DNA of 61,444 nucleotides, counting the filler, from Choristocarpus tenellus KU-1152 (Eukaryota; Protista; Phaeophyceae): NCBI GenBank assembly GCA_964200185.2. It is 11 parts of 11 records of this genome, joined end to end, with 100 filler letters (N's around TTAATTAATTAA, not from the genome) between each part and the next. Parts side by side here need not be neighbours in the genome. Positions count along the whole stretch, not along the records: positions 17,813 to 34,926 come from CAXNAD020000723.1; positions 35,027 to 39,328 come from CAXNAD020015211.1; 9 more parts are not named here. The stretch is one strand, 5' to 3'. Position numbers and translations under genes: made by a program. Below the pieces are notes generated by a model, which saw nothing but the letters and a program-made list of their open reading frames with translations, searched no databases and had not been told where the DNA came from. Positions 26,160 through 38,449 of this stretch are shown in pieces (the stretch's first letter is position 1; each line of letters opens with the position of its first letter).

Positions 26160-28692
26160 GTATTACGGGACTTTGAGCATAGCCCCGCCCAACATCTAGC
26201 ACTTGGGACATACTTCTTTTATCGGAATAGAAGAGCTGAAAGAGCTATGCCTCAACTCGCTCCATGGACCTTGTCAAGGGGGAAGGGAAGCGAGGGGAGC
26301 ATAAACGAGGGCAGGGGGGGTAGGGGCCCAGGGGTCAATGTGCCAGAGGGAGATGTTGCACCACCTGGGGAGGCATCTAGAACGGTGTCGACGCAAAAGG
26401 AAGATATGAAACAGTCCTTGCGGCACTTTAGACAAGGGTACGAGACAGCCAAGCGCATGCCTCAGGGAGAGAGAGGCCTCAGGGAGGAAGAGTGGAGGTG
26501 AGTGGCGTTGTGGTGTAATGATAGAGTGTTCTGTAGGGAACCTTTTTGGTAGAAAGTAAAGCTTGTTAAGAGTCAAAGTATCTTAGAGGGTAGAGTTGTG
26601 TCCGTTTGGGGGCCAAAATCCAATGTTGCGATTTTGATGTAATTTTGGCTATATATTGTGTTTGTCAGGAAGTGTCAATATCCTTGTTCCGGTCACACCT
26701 TTTCATGCCATACACATTTTACCTACTCCGAAACGTTTTTGGAGTAGGAATATGTCATAAAAAAGACCCGTGGGGAGCCAAGCCCCAAACAGATAAACTG
26801 GACAAAAGTCATACCCTCTAAGATACGTTCACTCTAAAGCATTTCAGTTTGAGAGATTAAAGGAGGGTGGGGGACTTCGGGTGGGGGAGTGCTCAATAGA
26901 TGGCAAATAAAGACAAGGGTTTGGTTTGAGATGGTGTATGTAACAGAGCACATTCTCAAATCTGGAGGAGTCTAGTTGTGTATGAAATATGGGGCTAAAT
27001 AGCTCTGTACAGTAGCAATCCATGCAATATTTACCGGACTATTCTGACATCCTTTTTTGGTATGTGCTCCTTGGCAGATACCTGAGAATGTTTCACTGGG
27101 GTTTTCTTGTGTGGTTCAGTGAGTATGGGTCCTGCTTGTGTGTTTGACACTGTGTTGTTATCTCTTTCATACTTCCCTTCTTGACCCCACTACTAGGTGT
27201 ACTTCAGTGGGAGATTCACTGCTGCAGCCACTAGTATCCTTCATAGCAATCTATGGCAGTTTCTTTTTGCAGCAGTGCCTTCTCAGTGGGTTGCATTTTG
27301 CATTACGTATGTAACGACTTGCTGTTGGCAAACCAACAAATTCATACTATTTACTCCTGAAGCCGCCCTTGAAAGTAGTGTTACAGCCTTCCAAGTAGGA
27401 GTGCGGCAGAGGTCAGGACCATGTTTCATTGCCACGAGCAGTAGTTCATTCTGTAGCATTCATCTACAGACGTCACCAAGAAGCTTCCTCAACCCAACTG
27501 TTCCTCTACGTTGCTATGGAGGTCCCTGGTGAATCACTACGGGGTGCTGGCCTCATCGCAGGAAGGGCTGGACAGAGCTGCTGAGGTGTTTGAGGGTGCA
27601 GTGATCGAGGACCCGCACCACCCCACTTTTCGATACAACCTATCGTGTGTTTATGCGGAGATGGGAAGGCGAGAAGATATGCTGCGGGAGCTTGAGACGT
27701 GAGAAGAGGGAAGGGTCATGATACATGTGTGTTGGGATGACATAGACTGGGGGAAGGGGACATGTGCACCTTGGGAATTGATAGCGAGGCTTCGGGGTGG
27801 TCGGTTGTTGCCGAGGGCAGATGCATTGCGTTGACTCAGTGGGCGCTAGTTTATGCCACCACTGGTGGAAATGGTCAGTGCTTGTTCAACTTAGGAGAAA
27901 GTAGAAACAGCGAAGCGAAGGTGATATTGTTTAGTAGAGTCATGTCCCCTGGAGCGGTGCTTTCTATTGATATAGTGCATTGAAACCTATCCCCCCTTAT
28001 GCTTCAGCACTTGTCCCCGCCTGCACCCCTATCTTTACCTGCTCCTGACAGTGCGCTGACACTACGATATCGGCAAGCGGACTCAGAAAGGCAGCAGATG
28101 GCTGACCCACTGAAGGCGAGACTAGTGTTCACAGTTTTGTTGACAAATGGCACAAATCATGTACAAGTTAGGTGTTGGGTGCGATGGCTAGGTAGAGCAC
28201 CGGCACAATTGTTTTGGTTGGTATGTCTCCTTGACTTGACTAATGCGGGAATGGCAATCTTGGTATTAGTTAGAGACCTTGAGGGGCGAATTGGGTTGGT
28301 ATCTACGGTGGATGAACTACGTTTGGGTGTTGTTCTTTAGGTGGATGTTTACCTTTTTCCACGGGGATGGGAGGGGGGATGAAGAGCAAGTGAGTCTTAG
28401 CTGTACTTGTAGATCAAAACCGGTTGTTGGCTTTCATCCATGATTGGAGTCCTGCATTTGCATCAAGGGTAAAAAGGCAAGCTGCAACCATATGGGATGT
28501 AAGTATTATCTCCACAAGATAAAATGTATTCAATCAATCACCACACTTTATCACTCACTACACATTTTCTGTTACCAACTCTCTCTCCATCTCCGCCATT
28601 GAACTTGGCAGGATCTTGCTTTCAGGAACTTCTGGAGAGACCCCAAGCTTCTTCGACTTGTGGATCTTCACTTGAGGTCGGTCTCCTGCTAA
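26160..28692 (+). CDS. TPR protein, 3' exons (26160-26497, 27522-27698, 28052-28115, 28612-28692)
   Basis: Spliced frame ...RHFRQGYETAKR...EEEWR|SLVNHYGVLA...DPHHPTFRYNLSCVYAEMG...LET|ALTLRY...MADPLK|DLAFRNFWRDPKLLRLV...SC*. Phases are consistent; the model needs one GAG acceptor and one GC donor. Confidence 0.75.
26570..26834 (+). mobile_element. MITE family A, full copy, intronic
   Basis: TIRs; flanks ttaa/taaa. Confidence 0.95.
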
Positions 28693-29157
28693 AGACATCG
28701 GCCTTCCACTTTGTCTGCCACCCTCATAATCAATATGGCTAGACTATTGCTTTTGCGGTGGTTTATAGGGCCTGCCCAAACAGTTTATGGTGGCTATTGA
28801 AAGAGAGCAGATTGCCAGATTATGTTGTATGAAGTTCAGTGCCTGAAAAGAAATTTGAGTGGCATGTTGTGTTGTCATTTTGCGTATACATGCAGGGCAG
28901 GGATGCGATTATTCATTAGTATTGTTGGTATGCCTGCAGGCATGAAGTATGCAAGGGGATTGCGCAGACTTCAGTGTGTGAGTTGGCATGAACAAGTGAA
29001 GGAGCACATTATGAATTTGATTAAATGGAGAATATGATTCGTCCATTAGAGAGTGCCCATATCAATTCTTGACAACCCGATAAGTGGACAATTGGCGCAG
29101 GTACTTTAGACTTCTGATTTGCTACTCCTAGCCTCTTAGAAGACTGAAATCACTCTC

Positions 29158-31522
29158 TCAGGTGTTAGTTTTCAGCAAGCGCTCAGGGGACAGAGTTCTG
29201 AGCTGGACGACACATTCATTTAAAGCATCAAACAAGGGTTTTCGAGTGGATATCTCCAGGTTTAACAGTCGTTCACTTCCTGTACTTGATTCAAGTGTAC
29301 CATGGTGTCCTTTTGTGTGTACAGTGTAAAACTGCCTGTCGATAACAGCCATGAGACATGAAGCACTAATCACTGCCCAGTCCTTTTATTGACTAGTGTA
29401 AAGGAACTTATCATTACTCGTAGTTTTTCCATTGTCTCTCCTTACCCCCTGACTATTGTGTGGATCTCAGTACCCAACATCATACCCACAGAATTGGGGA
29501 TGGGCATGTTTCTGTTTAAAGGTCGCGCATTAGTAAACGAGAGGTAGCGGGAGTTGCATTTTAGTGATGCCAGCAACTATGCGCAAAATTGGGGGGGGGT
29601 TACTAGTGCCTATGAGGACAAAATCCGATTTGTGTCGAAAACATAATGAGAAGGCATTTGAAAAGGGGCGTCGCTAAGGATTACTTGCTTCAACCAACTG
29701 AATGCACTACAAAAAACAGTCAACATGCTCCCCACACCTGTGGACTGTGTTCTTCAAAAGCATGTAGTACCAGAAAGTCATACGGGCCCTTAAGTCTCAG
29801 TAGAGCACCCCCCTCTCAGTTAATTCGGCTCTAACAAGTCACATGCTTCCTTCCTCGGTCTAACAAATGTGCATTTACTGCCAACACATTGAATCCTGCA
29901 GCATGTGGTCAACTTCAGGGTTGTCTTTGGTCTGTGTGCTATCTTTTCCTTGTCCCAATCCCTAGGGTGTTTGCATCCTTTATTGTATGCCAATGAAATA
30001 TTTCAGATTTTTGAAACAAAGGGATGAGGTGGTTTGTCTGGGGAATCCAGTGGCTCAGTGAAGACAAAGAGAACCGCACAACGACATTGGTGCACAGAAG
30101 GCCACACCCGACTTGGCAAGATATGAGTCTTTTAAATGGTGGTTAGGGGCATTGTAGCTTGACTGAGGAAAGCAAAACAAGTATCTAGGTTGCCTGCGTT
30201 TGTACTTGAGAGTCCAATAGCTTCATGCAAGGGTTTCGTCTCCTTCCCATACCCTAGGTGTTTGTAACAACCCTCCCATAAAGGCTTTGTGGATTGCAAG
30301 TGGGTAGTGAGGGTTGCAAGTGCCCATGACGAAAGCTCCACCTAGCCTCTGGCTAAGCAATCGTCTACTACTATTATTGGAAGGAACTACATGCAGCTGG
30401 CATCCACATTTTGTACTAATTTTGAGCCCGTTCCTCGCAATATTTTTATTTGCAAAGACTTTCATAGTTTCCTCAGAGTTGATAGGAAGTGGCGTGCCTT
30501 TGACTAAGAAAGGGGACTATTTGTGGTAGGTTTCTGGCAAAGAGAATGTCTTCCTGTTGATCCTGGAGCACAAAACGTTTCCGCAATCATAATTGCAACG
30601 TTTGCAAGACATAGCTTTCCATAACCATGACAGGTGACGGCTACCTGTTGCTTCTGCCATCAGACTTTCTTTACAGTTGAGGTTAGGGAAAGCTTGTTTC
30701 ATGCTAAAACCTGTTGTTCCACTCGTCTTTCATACTGTTGGTATACATCGGTCATTTACCATTATCCTCTATAGTACAACACAACATGCATCTTGCTTTA
30801 TTTTCTCACCGCGCAAGAATGTAAATGACAACCCCGTTTATATCATCACAGTCGATACCTCCACTGAGATGCCATTGAACCCCCTTTGACATAAACAGAT
30901 TCACCCAAACCTCTTACTTTGGAAAGAGCTGGTGGTTGACCTTAGTTGAGTGGATTTATTCGGTTTTAACCATGTTAGGGACAATCAATTCTCATTCAAG
31001 CAGTAGTTGTTATTCCTAAGTTGGGAGTGAATAAACTGTCAATGCGAAATACCATCATGCCAAGCATTTGAGTCATTCCTTTATTGGGACGAAAAATAAT
31101 ACAATCAATTGAAACAACTTATGTACTCCAACAACTCATAGGATCTGCCAACCACGTTCTCTTCCTCTCCACTACACTGTCGGAGTGTAAGTCCAACAAA
31201 CACAAATTGTACACACCTTGTGTGTATCAATATCTGTCGTATCAACTGATTTCTACAACACCAGTTCACACTATTTTTTCAAGTATATCTTCCCCTGGTA
31301 CGGAAACCACTGTCTGGTGTGTTCCCACGCCCTTCATGGAACAGGAACAGATTCTACTTTAAACCCGCGATAAAGTAAGTCCAGTACGGACCTCTGCAAG
31401 ACGAAAAACTTCGTCCCAGCCAGAAACACAAAATAGTCAGTAGCAACCTCAATCCTCGGTCCAAAGATGGAGGATGCTGGATCAAATTTGCCAGTCCATG
31501 CACGAAAAAGGGACAAGTTTAG
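29158..31522 (-). CDS. Possible exons of an unknown gene (terminal exon 29335-29158; another near 31522-31365)
   Basis: CAG acceptors followed by open protein-like frames; no family recognised. Confidence 0.25.
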
Positions 31523-32435
31523 CTGTGATTATTGTAGGTCGTGTATCCCCCATTGCACATACTCATGCACCCTCTCAGATACAACAAGTAGTGCCTTTAC
31601 TGCCACACCCTCTAGCCCTGAAGAGCTTGAAAAAGCATAGGATAGATGGTTTGAAGAAGGTTAATCAAAATGGCATTAGTAACACACAACTGAACTCAAC
31701 TGAGAAGGAAGAGTCACTCGCATAGACAGCATAATTCTAGCGAGCGTATTGTTACACTCACGAAAAATATCAAGAGCTTGATTTTAGAGGCGTAACGGTG
31801 ACAGGTGCATTCACTCACAAAAAAAAATCACCTAAATTTTGGCGGGATGAAGTTTTACTGTCTCTAATCAATATGCTTCGTTCATGACAAGCAGAAAGCG
31901 CCGTTCCATTGAAGGGATGAGCTTCCTTTTGTTCACCAACACCCCCTGTTCGCTAGTTGCGTACTCACTGACGTTACAGATACAGAAGCAATTAAATTTT
32001 GATCAGCACCCATTCAAGTGCTGACTTGCCAATACAGTCAGCATTCCAGAAGGGGTAGATGGTGGATGACCTGGACCAGAAGGTTTACCCTTTCCTCGCA
32101 TGCGGAGCAGGGTGTTGCAGTACGGGGATTGAGTTATCATTTAATTGTTGTTCTGTTGTAAGGAAAAGAACAAAAGGATATACCCTGCTGTACCCTGAAA
32201 TACCAGCCCTTTAACCTGGAGCAAATGTGGTGTGGATGACGAGTAGAAATTAACCCTTGTCAGAGAGTTAAACCAACCAAGAGGTAGGCTGGGTTGCATT
32301 TTATGGATCCCGATACAAAAAGATCTCATTTTGTTCAATTGAGAAAAGAGCCTTTGCTGAATTGTAGTGTCACTTTGTGTGTAAAAAGAGGAGAGATCAA
32401 CTTTGCGTACACTATTGTGCACATAAACGTAATGG

Positions 32436-32610
32436 GACCCAAAGTATATCTGAGGGGGGTGACGGCCTACACCAGGTGTCCATTTGGACCAAACCCAGCA
32501 AGAGTGCACTTGCATTATCCATTCGACATATGCAACCAAATCACCTAAATCGCGACATAAAAAATTGACCTCAAATGGACAGCCGCCACCCCCCCCAGAT
32601 ACTTTCATGC
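32436..32610 (+). mobile_element. MITE family B, full copy
   Basis: GACCCAAAGTAT...CCCCCCAGATACTTT; flanks atgg/ttgg. Confidence 0.9.
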
Positions 32611-33439
32611 TTGGAATAGAGTGTAGTGCACAGGGTAAGAATGATAACCTAGAATGCAAAGGGTCCAAACCTGCTAATCTCTCAATTGGTTTGGCTCAGA
32701 GTATAACTAGAAAAACTTAGATACTAAGAAACGAGAGTTGTATGGTTGTCAAATGATGAGATGCAGGAGCATGAAGGTGTTCACATAGGGACATGCGTTG
32801 CACTACTATACACACTCAATGTTGTTAGTAGTATACATGAGGCAAGAAGTGTTTTTATAGCAAGATAATGTGACTAGAATGATTCATGAGTGGTGAAAAG
32901 GAATATTAGAATATCGTCATGTTCGATTAATGTTCTAGGAAAAATGTTTTTATGAAATTTCTAAGATTGTTTGCTTCGGTGATTATGGAAGGGTAGGAAA
33001 ACACCCCCCCCATATGTAGGTGATGATTCCCTCTTGCCTGCAAATCGATAAAGCATATTCTACTTCATCATATTTTTTGTGGTGAGGCAGTACATTCTCC
33101 TGGAATTCAGACACGTTGTAATACGAACCTATTTTCCATACAGTGCACTATGGACCGGTAGGTAATGTGTGAACTGCTTGGTTTGAGGAGGCAGCAGGAG
33201 AAAGAGTCAGGGACATCATGGCTTTGGGAGGTAACCGAGGCATAGTGGCAGAAATCGAGGAGCCGTTGAATTGAGACTGGCAGAAAGGCACAGCTAGGGG
33301 AGTATGTGGTCTTGACCGTAGCTAGGCCGGTGGAAGCGTGCATTGACCCAGCAAGAAGGGCAGGCTGCGGTAGGGCGGTCGGTACAACAGGAACAGCAGG
33401 TACAACCACAACCCCTGTAGAGGAACAGGGATTCAACGC

Positions 33440-34230
33440 ATAGGTCGGAGATACCCATGTGGAACGGAGAGACCGATGAAAGGATTGCATGGAATCTCAT
33501 TTTCACGCTTTTATAGCGACAAATAAGGCATCACACGCGTTCAGCAGAGAACTGGACCATCCGCAGGAAGGAGCAGATCAAGGGAGCGCTGATGAACGGG
33601 ATATCTTTAACAGAGGGCGGACGGCTCTTCTGAACGGGTGTAAGGGGATGGCCTTGGAGATTGTGATGGAACACGAGACAGAGCCAAAGTATCTTAGAGG
33701 TTAGAGCTGTGTCCATTTGGGGGCCAAAATCCAATGTTGCGATCTTGATGTAATTTTGGATATCGTGTTGTTAGGAAGTGCCAATATCCATTTTCCGGGT
33801 ACACCTTTTCATAACATACACACTCTACCTACTCCTAAACATCTTCTAGTAGGAAAATGTCATAAAAGAACCTATGAGAAGCCAAGCCCCAAGTGGACAA
33901 ACAGGGCAAAACTCGTCCCTCTAACATACTGTCACTCGACACCGAGGAAGGCAATGCATACATTGAGTGACTGCTACGAACCACGTTCCTTGGATGAAAG
34001 ACTCAGGGTTTGAGAGGTGTTCCGATCAAGCCGACTTAGACCAGGAGAGGACCAGGAGAAGAGTCCCAATCTTAAGTGCTAAAGGTGCGTTGGCTTGCCA
34101 AGAGACTGACTGCAGTGGGTCAGAGAATTTCTGACAACAAACTTAACATGACCATTCTGGGTGAAATTCTAGAAGAGTACAAACTGGAGAGACGAACATT
34201 AATTTTGAGGACCGCTACTTTTAACCACAC
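33440..34230 (+). pseudogene. Copia gag (UBN2-type) remnant interrupted by a MITE
   Basis: IPMWNGETDERIAW/SHFHAFIA...ALEIVMEHET[MITE]PRKAMHTLSDCYEPRSLDERL...LAKRLTAVGQRISDNKLNMTILG. Confidence 0.7.
33681..33937 (+). mobile_element. MITE family A, full copy, TSD GACA
   Basis: gaca on both flanks; removing the element plus 4 bp restores the gag frame. Confidence 0.95.
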
Positions 34231-34439
34231 CTTTTCATCAGACTGGGCAGTGAGCATGTCCACTGTCGGCCATAAGGGCACAGGATGGTCTGTGGCCCAG
34301 GCATGTTGAAATTGTCGATGGCCATGGACTCAGCCGTGTTCGAACACTTTCTCTATGGTGGATAAGGCAATATTTCTTTTATACTTGGATCATCCACGTC
34401 ATCGCCATGCCTCCAATATTATATGTTACCACTCTTGAA

Positions 34440-34550
34440 TAATGTATTTTATTATTATGCCCTCTGACATTTTCCAGGTGTCAGGGGGGAAACAAATGAA
34501 TACTATACATATGTCAAAATTTCTATGACTGTAATTTCTAAATATATTAT
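34440..34550 (-). mobile_element. Family C (CRE-like) 3' terminal fragment
   Basis: Reverse complement reads CTGACACCTGGAAAATGTCAGAGGGCATAATAATAAAA. Confidence 0.55.
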
Positions 34551-34556
34551 ATATAG

Positions 34557-34856
34557 TGTGAATCGTGTGATTCTGTGGCGGTGTGGTTCACTCAGGTAAG
34601 GGTGGTGAAGAGAATCACTGGGCAAGATGGACCAGACGAACCAGACGAACCAAGACAAACCAAGACAAACCAAGACAAACTGTAACCTAGAGTACGAGTT
34701 TAAGGTTGGACAAGTGCAAGACTGCAAGGACTTCCAGGGAGAATTGAGGAGTGATGAGCATCTTCAGAGAGGGGGCTTCATCGCCACAAGTTAAGACGTG
34801 AAAACAATTCACTTTAGTGAATCTTTCATGCATGACAACTCTGAATGACGAGCAGT
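34557..34856 (+). mobile_element. LTR-like repeat family D
   Basis: Three copies (34557, 39179, 47988) start at the same TGTGAAT(C/T)GTGTGATTCT with different upstream flanks; a 5'-TG start is typical of LTRs. Confidence 0.65.
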
Positions 34857-34926
34857 GAGTGAAACTATCTTAGAGGGTACGAGTTTTTCCCTGTTTGTCC
34901 ATTTGTGGGGCTTGGGTTCCCATGGG
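34857..34926 (-). mobile_element. MITE family A, partial
   Basis: GAGTGAAACTATCTTAGAGGGTACGAG; cut by contig end. Confidence 0.9.
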
Positions 34927-35026
34927 NNNNNNNNNNNNNNNNNNNNNNNNNNNNNNNNNNNNNNNNNNNNTTAATTAATTAANNNNNNNNNNNNNNNNNN
35001 NNNNNNNNNNNNNNNNNNNNNNNNNN

Positions 35027-35350
35027 CACTCACCCCTTCAAAGAAGTAAGTGGCTCGTGCCGAGTCTGCTGCCTCCAATATCTTCTCTAACATCCACAGT
35101 GAGGTGTTGTCTGCTTGCTTCATGGTGGAGCATGGCAGGTGGGGGGGAGTGACCCTTACTAAATAGCGTAAGTGGGAAGAGAGGGACCAGGAGTCGAGGA
35201 CTAAGCAACCTTGTTTGTCCTCCATCTCACTCAGGTGCATGGCCAGCATTCATGACCCTGAGCTCTCGTTCACCTCAGCCATGTGGGATTGGACGAATCC
35301 ATTTGTTCCCACTGGAGCCCGTATGTACAAATATTTGTTGTACCACTCCC
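35027..35350 (-). pseudogene. CRE-like non-LTR retrotransposon, post-RT region
   Basis: RAPVGTNGFV...MEDKQGCLVL...HLRYLVRVTPP matches the CRE-clade G.PvG...FV / D.Q.al.ll / l.yllR..pP pattern. Confidence 0.65.
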
Positions 35351-35372
35351 CCTTTGATGAAACATACAGACA

Positions 35373-35724
35373 GGCTCAAAACATCTGGGGTTGGGGTAGC
35401 GGTTGTCCATTTGGTGTCAATTTTTTTCATGTCGCAATTTGTGGGTGGTTTGGTTGTCCCAAAGTATCTTGGGTGGCGGCTGTCCATTTGGGGTCAATTT
35501 TTTCATGTCACGATTTTTGGGTGATTTGGTTGCATACGTCGGATGGATAATGTAGATGCACTTTTCCTGATTTTGGTCCAAATAGACACCCTGGTGTAGA
35601 CCCCCCCCCCCATATTCTTTGGATCGTTTGCATATGCCGAATGGATAATATAAGTTCACTTTTCCTGGTTTTGGTCCAAATGGACACCCTGGTGTAGACT
35701 CCCCACCCCCAGATACTTTGGGTC
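35373..35724 (-). mobile_element. MITE family B with a second family B copy nested at 35456-35625
   Basis: Outer halves rejoin to the consensus; inner flanks ggtt/gttt; outer flanks aca/aca. Confidence 0.9.
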
Positions 35725-36663
35725 ACATATCATGTGTTTCATGCTGGAGATACCAGGGAGATGGGGAAGCGTCAAGGTACGCTCGATGGCGTACCTCTAT
35801 GGGGTGTATAGCTCCAGTCCATAAGCCTGCAGATGGTGCTAATGCAGGTAAAGGATTCCTGATGCACAAGTCGTCAAGTATGCTGGATCTCTCACTTTGA
35901 TTATTCCCTTCATGAGTATCAATATCATAGTATAAAAAGGAGCTGGTCAACCATATCTTATCTCTATCGGGCATCATACTGACCAAATAATAAATAAATA
36001 GTCAAGGATTGCAAATCGATAAAATCTAGGACTTGTAGGTCAAAATGGTGTTTATGAAATCACCACCAAGACATATCGCCTGAAACACGAGTAGGAGCCT
36101 GTCAGATTCTTGAGGTTCTTCCCTAGCTCCTCGCCCAATTGTGTAGAGTTAGGCTAGATTGGAGGCATAGCAGCAGTATACACATAGCCTTGTAATGATG
36201 AGTCTTAAGGGAGTGTTGTAGTATACCCAGTACTCCAATGGAAAATAGTTTTCAGAGAGATATCTTTTTCATTTACGAAGACTCTTACTTTTACAGAGGA
36301 TTCCTAGTGATATTGGGTTGAGTTTTTCCTGGAACATTTGCATAATGTCAGAGGTCACAATAACGTATATGGAAAATTGCCTGGCTCCTCAACCCCTGGT
36401 CCCTCTCTTCCCACTTACGCTATTTAGTAAGGGTCAACTGTTACAGGCGCCCCCAAAAGCTTACCTCCACAGGATGTATAGGTACAATCTACGGGCCTAT
36501 AGATTATACTGATGTACGTATAAGACTCCTGACGCACAAGTCGTCAAGTATGCTGGATCTCTCACTTGGATTATCATCAATANNNNNNNCTGGTCTACGA
36601 TGTCTTATCACAATCGGGGACCATAATGACCAAATAATAAATAAATAGTCAAGAAGTACAAAT

Positions 36664-36922
36664 AAGTGAAAGTATATTAGAGGGTACGAGTTTTGCCCTG
36701 TTTCTCCGTTTGGGGCTTGACTTCCACGTTTTTTTTATTGCATTTTACCTATTCCGAAATATTTTTTAGATTCTGTAAAATGTACTCGTTATGAAAAGGT
36801 GTGTCCAGAACAAGGATATTGACAATTCCTAACAAAAACGATAGCCAAAATTACATAAATTCGCAACATTGGATTTTGGACACCAAATGTACGCCGCTCT
36901 ACCCTCTAAGATACTTTGACTC
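36664..36922 (-). mobile_element. MITE family A, full copy, TSD AAAT
   Basis: aaat on both sides; the paralogous empty site near 36013 has a single aaat. Confidence 0.95.
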
Positions 36923-37005
36923 AAATTTATGAAATCTAGAACTTCAAAGTCATAATGGTGTTTATGAAACCGCCATCAAGACATGCCGCCTGTAACACAC
37001 ACACA

Positions 37006-38330
37006 CCCATCTGCCATGCTCCACCATGAAGCAAGCAGACAACACCTCACTGTGGATGTTAGAGAAGATATTGGAGGCAGCAGACTCGGCACGAGCCACT
37101 TACTTCTTTGAAGGGGTGAGTGAAAATGGGTTTCTTGGCCTGGAAATATATCAGCAAGTACAGGCACAGATGCCCACAAGTTTGTGGGGGTTGGGCCTAT
37201 CCTCTATGAAGCATGTTCAACATACCACCTTCGAAGGATCACTGGTGGACGCTCTCCCCACCCTTCTAGCAAGACAACATGGGCCTCATGGGGAGTCTTT
37301 CTCACAAGCCATCTGTATGAGCTCCACAGTAAGGGCCCTGGAATCATCTATCCACACCCTCCTCTCGACAGAAGTCCCTTCAGGACTTGGTGGAAATTAA
37401 TGGCCAAGTCTGGGTAGCCTGGGGGGGAACAACAACCCCTACACCTCTCTCAGAGGTCCACACTCTGGCAGCTCATGATGCCAAGATCACAAGGAGGGTG
37501 CAACACAAGATCACCCGCCTCCTGAACAGGACCCGCCTTGACTCTTTTCGGACTCGATTGTCTGGCCTAACCAAGGGAGCAGAACAAGGGAAGGAAAGTT
37601 CCTCGCTAGCCCTTGGGCAGGGGGGTAGGTCCGCCAACACACATCAATGGTCAAACGTCTAGGTCAACTCTGCAAAGGAATGGGCATCCCTTACACTATG
37701 GAGGATGGTAGCCCAATCACAGTGGGCCGGAATTTCCGCATGGATCTGGTCTTCCATGCTGGGCCACTTGCAGATGCCGGAAAAACCCTGTACCAGGATA
37801 AAGGCCTCCTCTTGGATGTTACGTTTCCAGAAATGCAAGCAGCCTCCCATCTGCCACACTCATCCACCAGCAATGGCGTATCTGCTGCTGCAGCTGAGGC
37901 GCGAAAGCGCACCGACTGCGAGGTTTTGTTTTACCCTCATAGTATTAACCTCAGTACCTTCGTGGTGGAAAGTTTTTGGCGGCTCGTTAAGCAAGCGGAC
38001 AGCTTTCTGGATAAGCTGGCTACGCACAGGGTAGGGGGAAGAGGGGTGGGAGGCTATAGCAGGAAATGAGCTGTCAAATCCCTGTTATGACAGATAGTGT
38101 CCATCACAACACATGTTACTCTATCAAGACGTGTCATGCGTTTCAACCTGGAGACACCAGGGCGATAGGATGTATGCGGCGTAGCATAGCTGGTGGTAAA
38201 ATTAAAAAATGATTGAAAATGACTTCACATATACGACAATTGTTACTTGTTCAGGGGTTGTCCTGATATTGAAGTGACGTATTGTTTTTTCACCTGACAC
38301 ATCTCCAAAATGTCAGATTGCGTAACAATA
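37006..38330 (+). mobile_element. CRE-like non-LTR retrotransposon 3' half with restriction-like endonuclease (degenerate)
   Basis: QAQMPTSLWGLGLSS (LP...GGLGL) and RMDLVF...LLLDVT...AAAAEARKR...FVVESFWRL (RLE motif R-x-D...D...E-x-x-K); frameshifts. Confidence 0.75.
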
Positions 38331-38449
38331 AAATATTTATATATTTCTGTTCATATTTCGAAGAGGATGAAGTCGTACCGAAAACATTTGTACATGTATC
38401 ACAGAGGATGATGAGTTGTACCTACAAATATTTGGATATGTTTGTTACG

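Noticed and set aside
26606-26821. Recurrent small ORF family (MGAKIQCCDFDVIL..., also 33717, 55604, 10597)
   Set aside because: Chance translations of MITE A; frames and stops vary between copies
30223-30702. STKCGCQ...H motif as a MULE/WRKY-type Zn finger
   Set aside because: No DDE motif or TIRs found nearby
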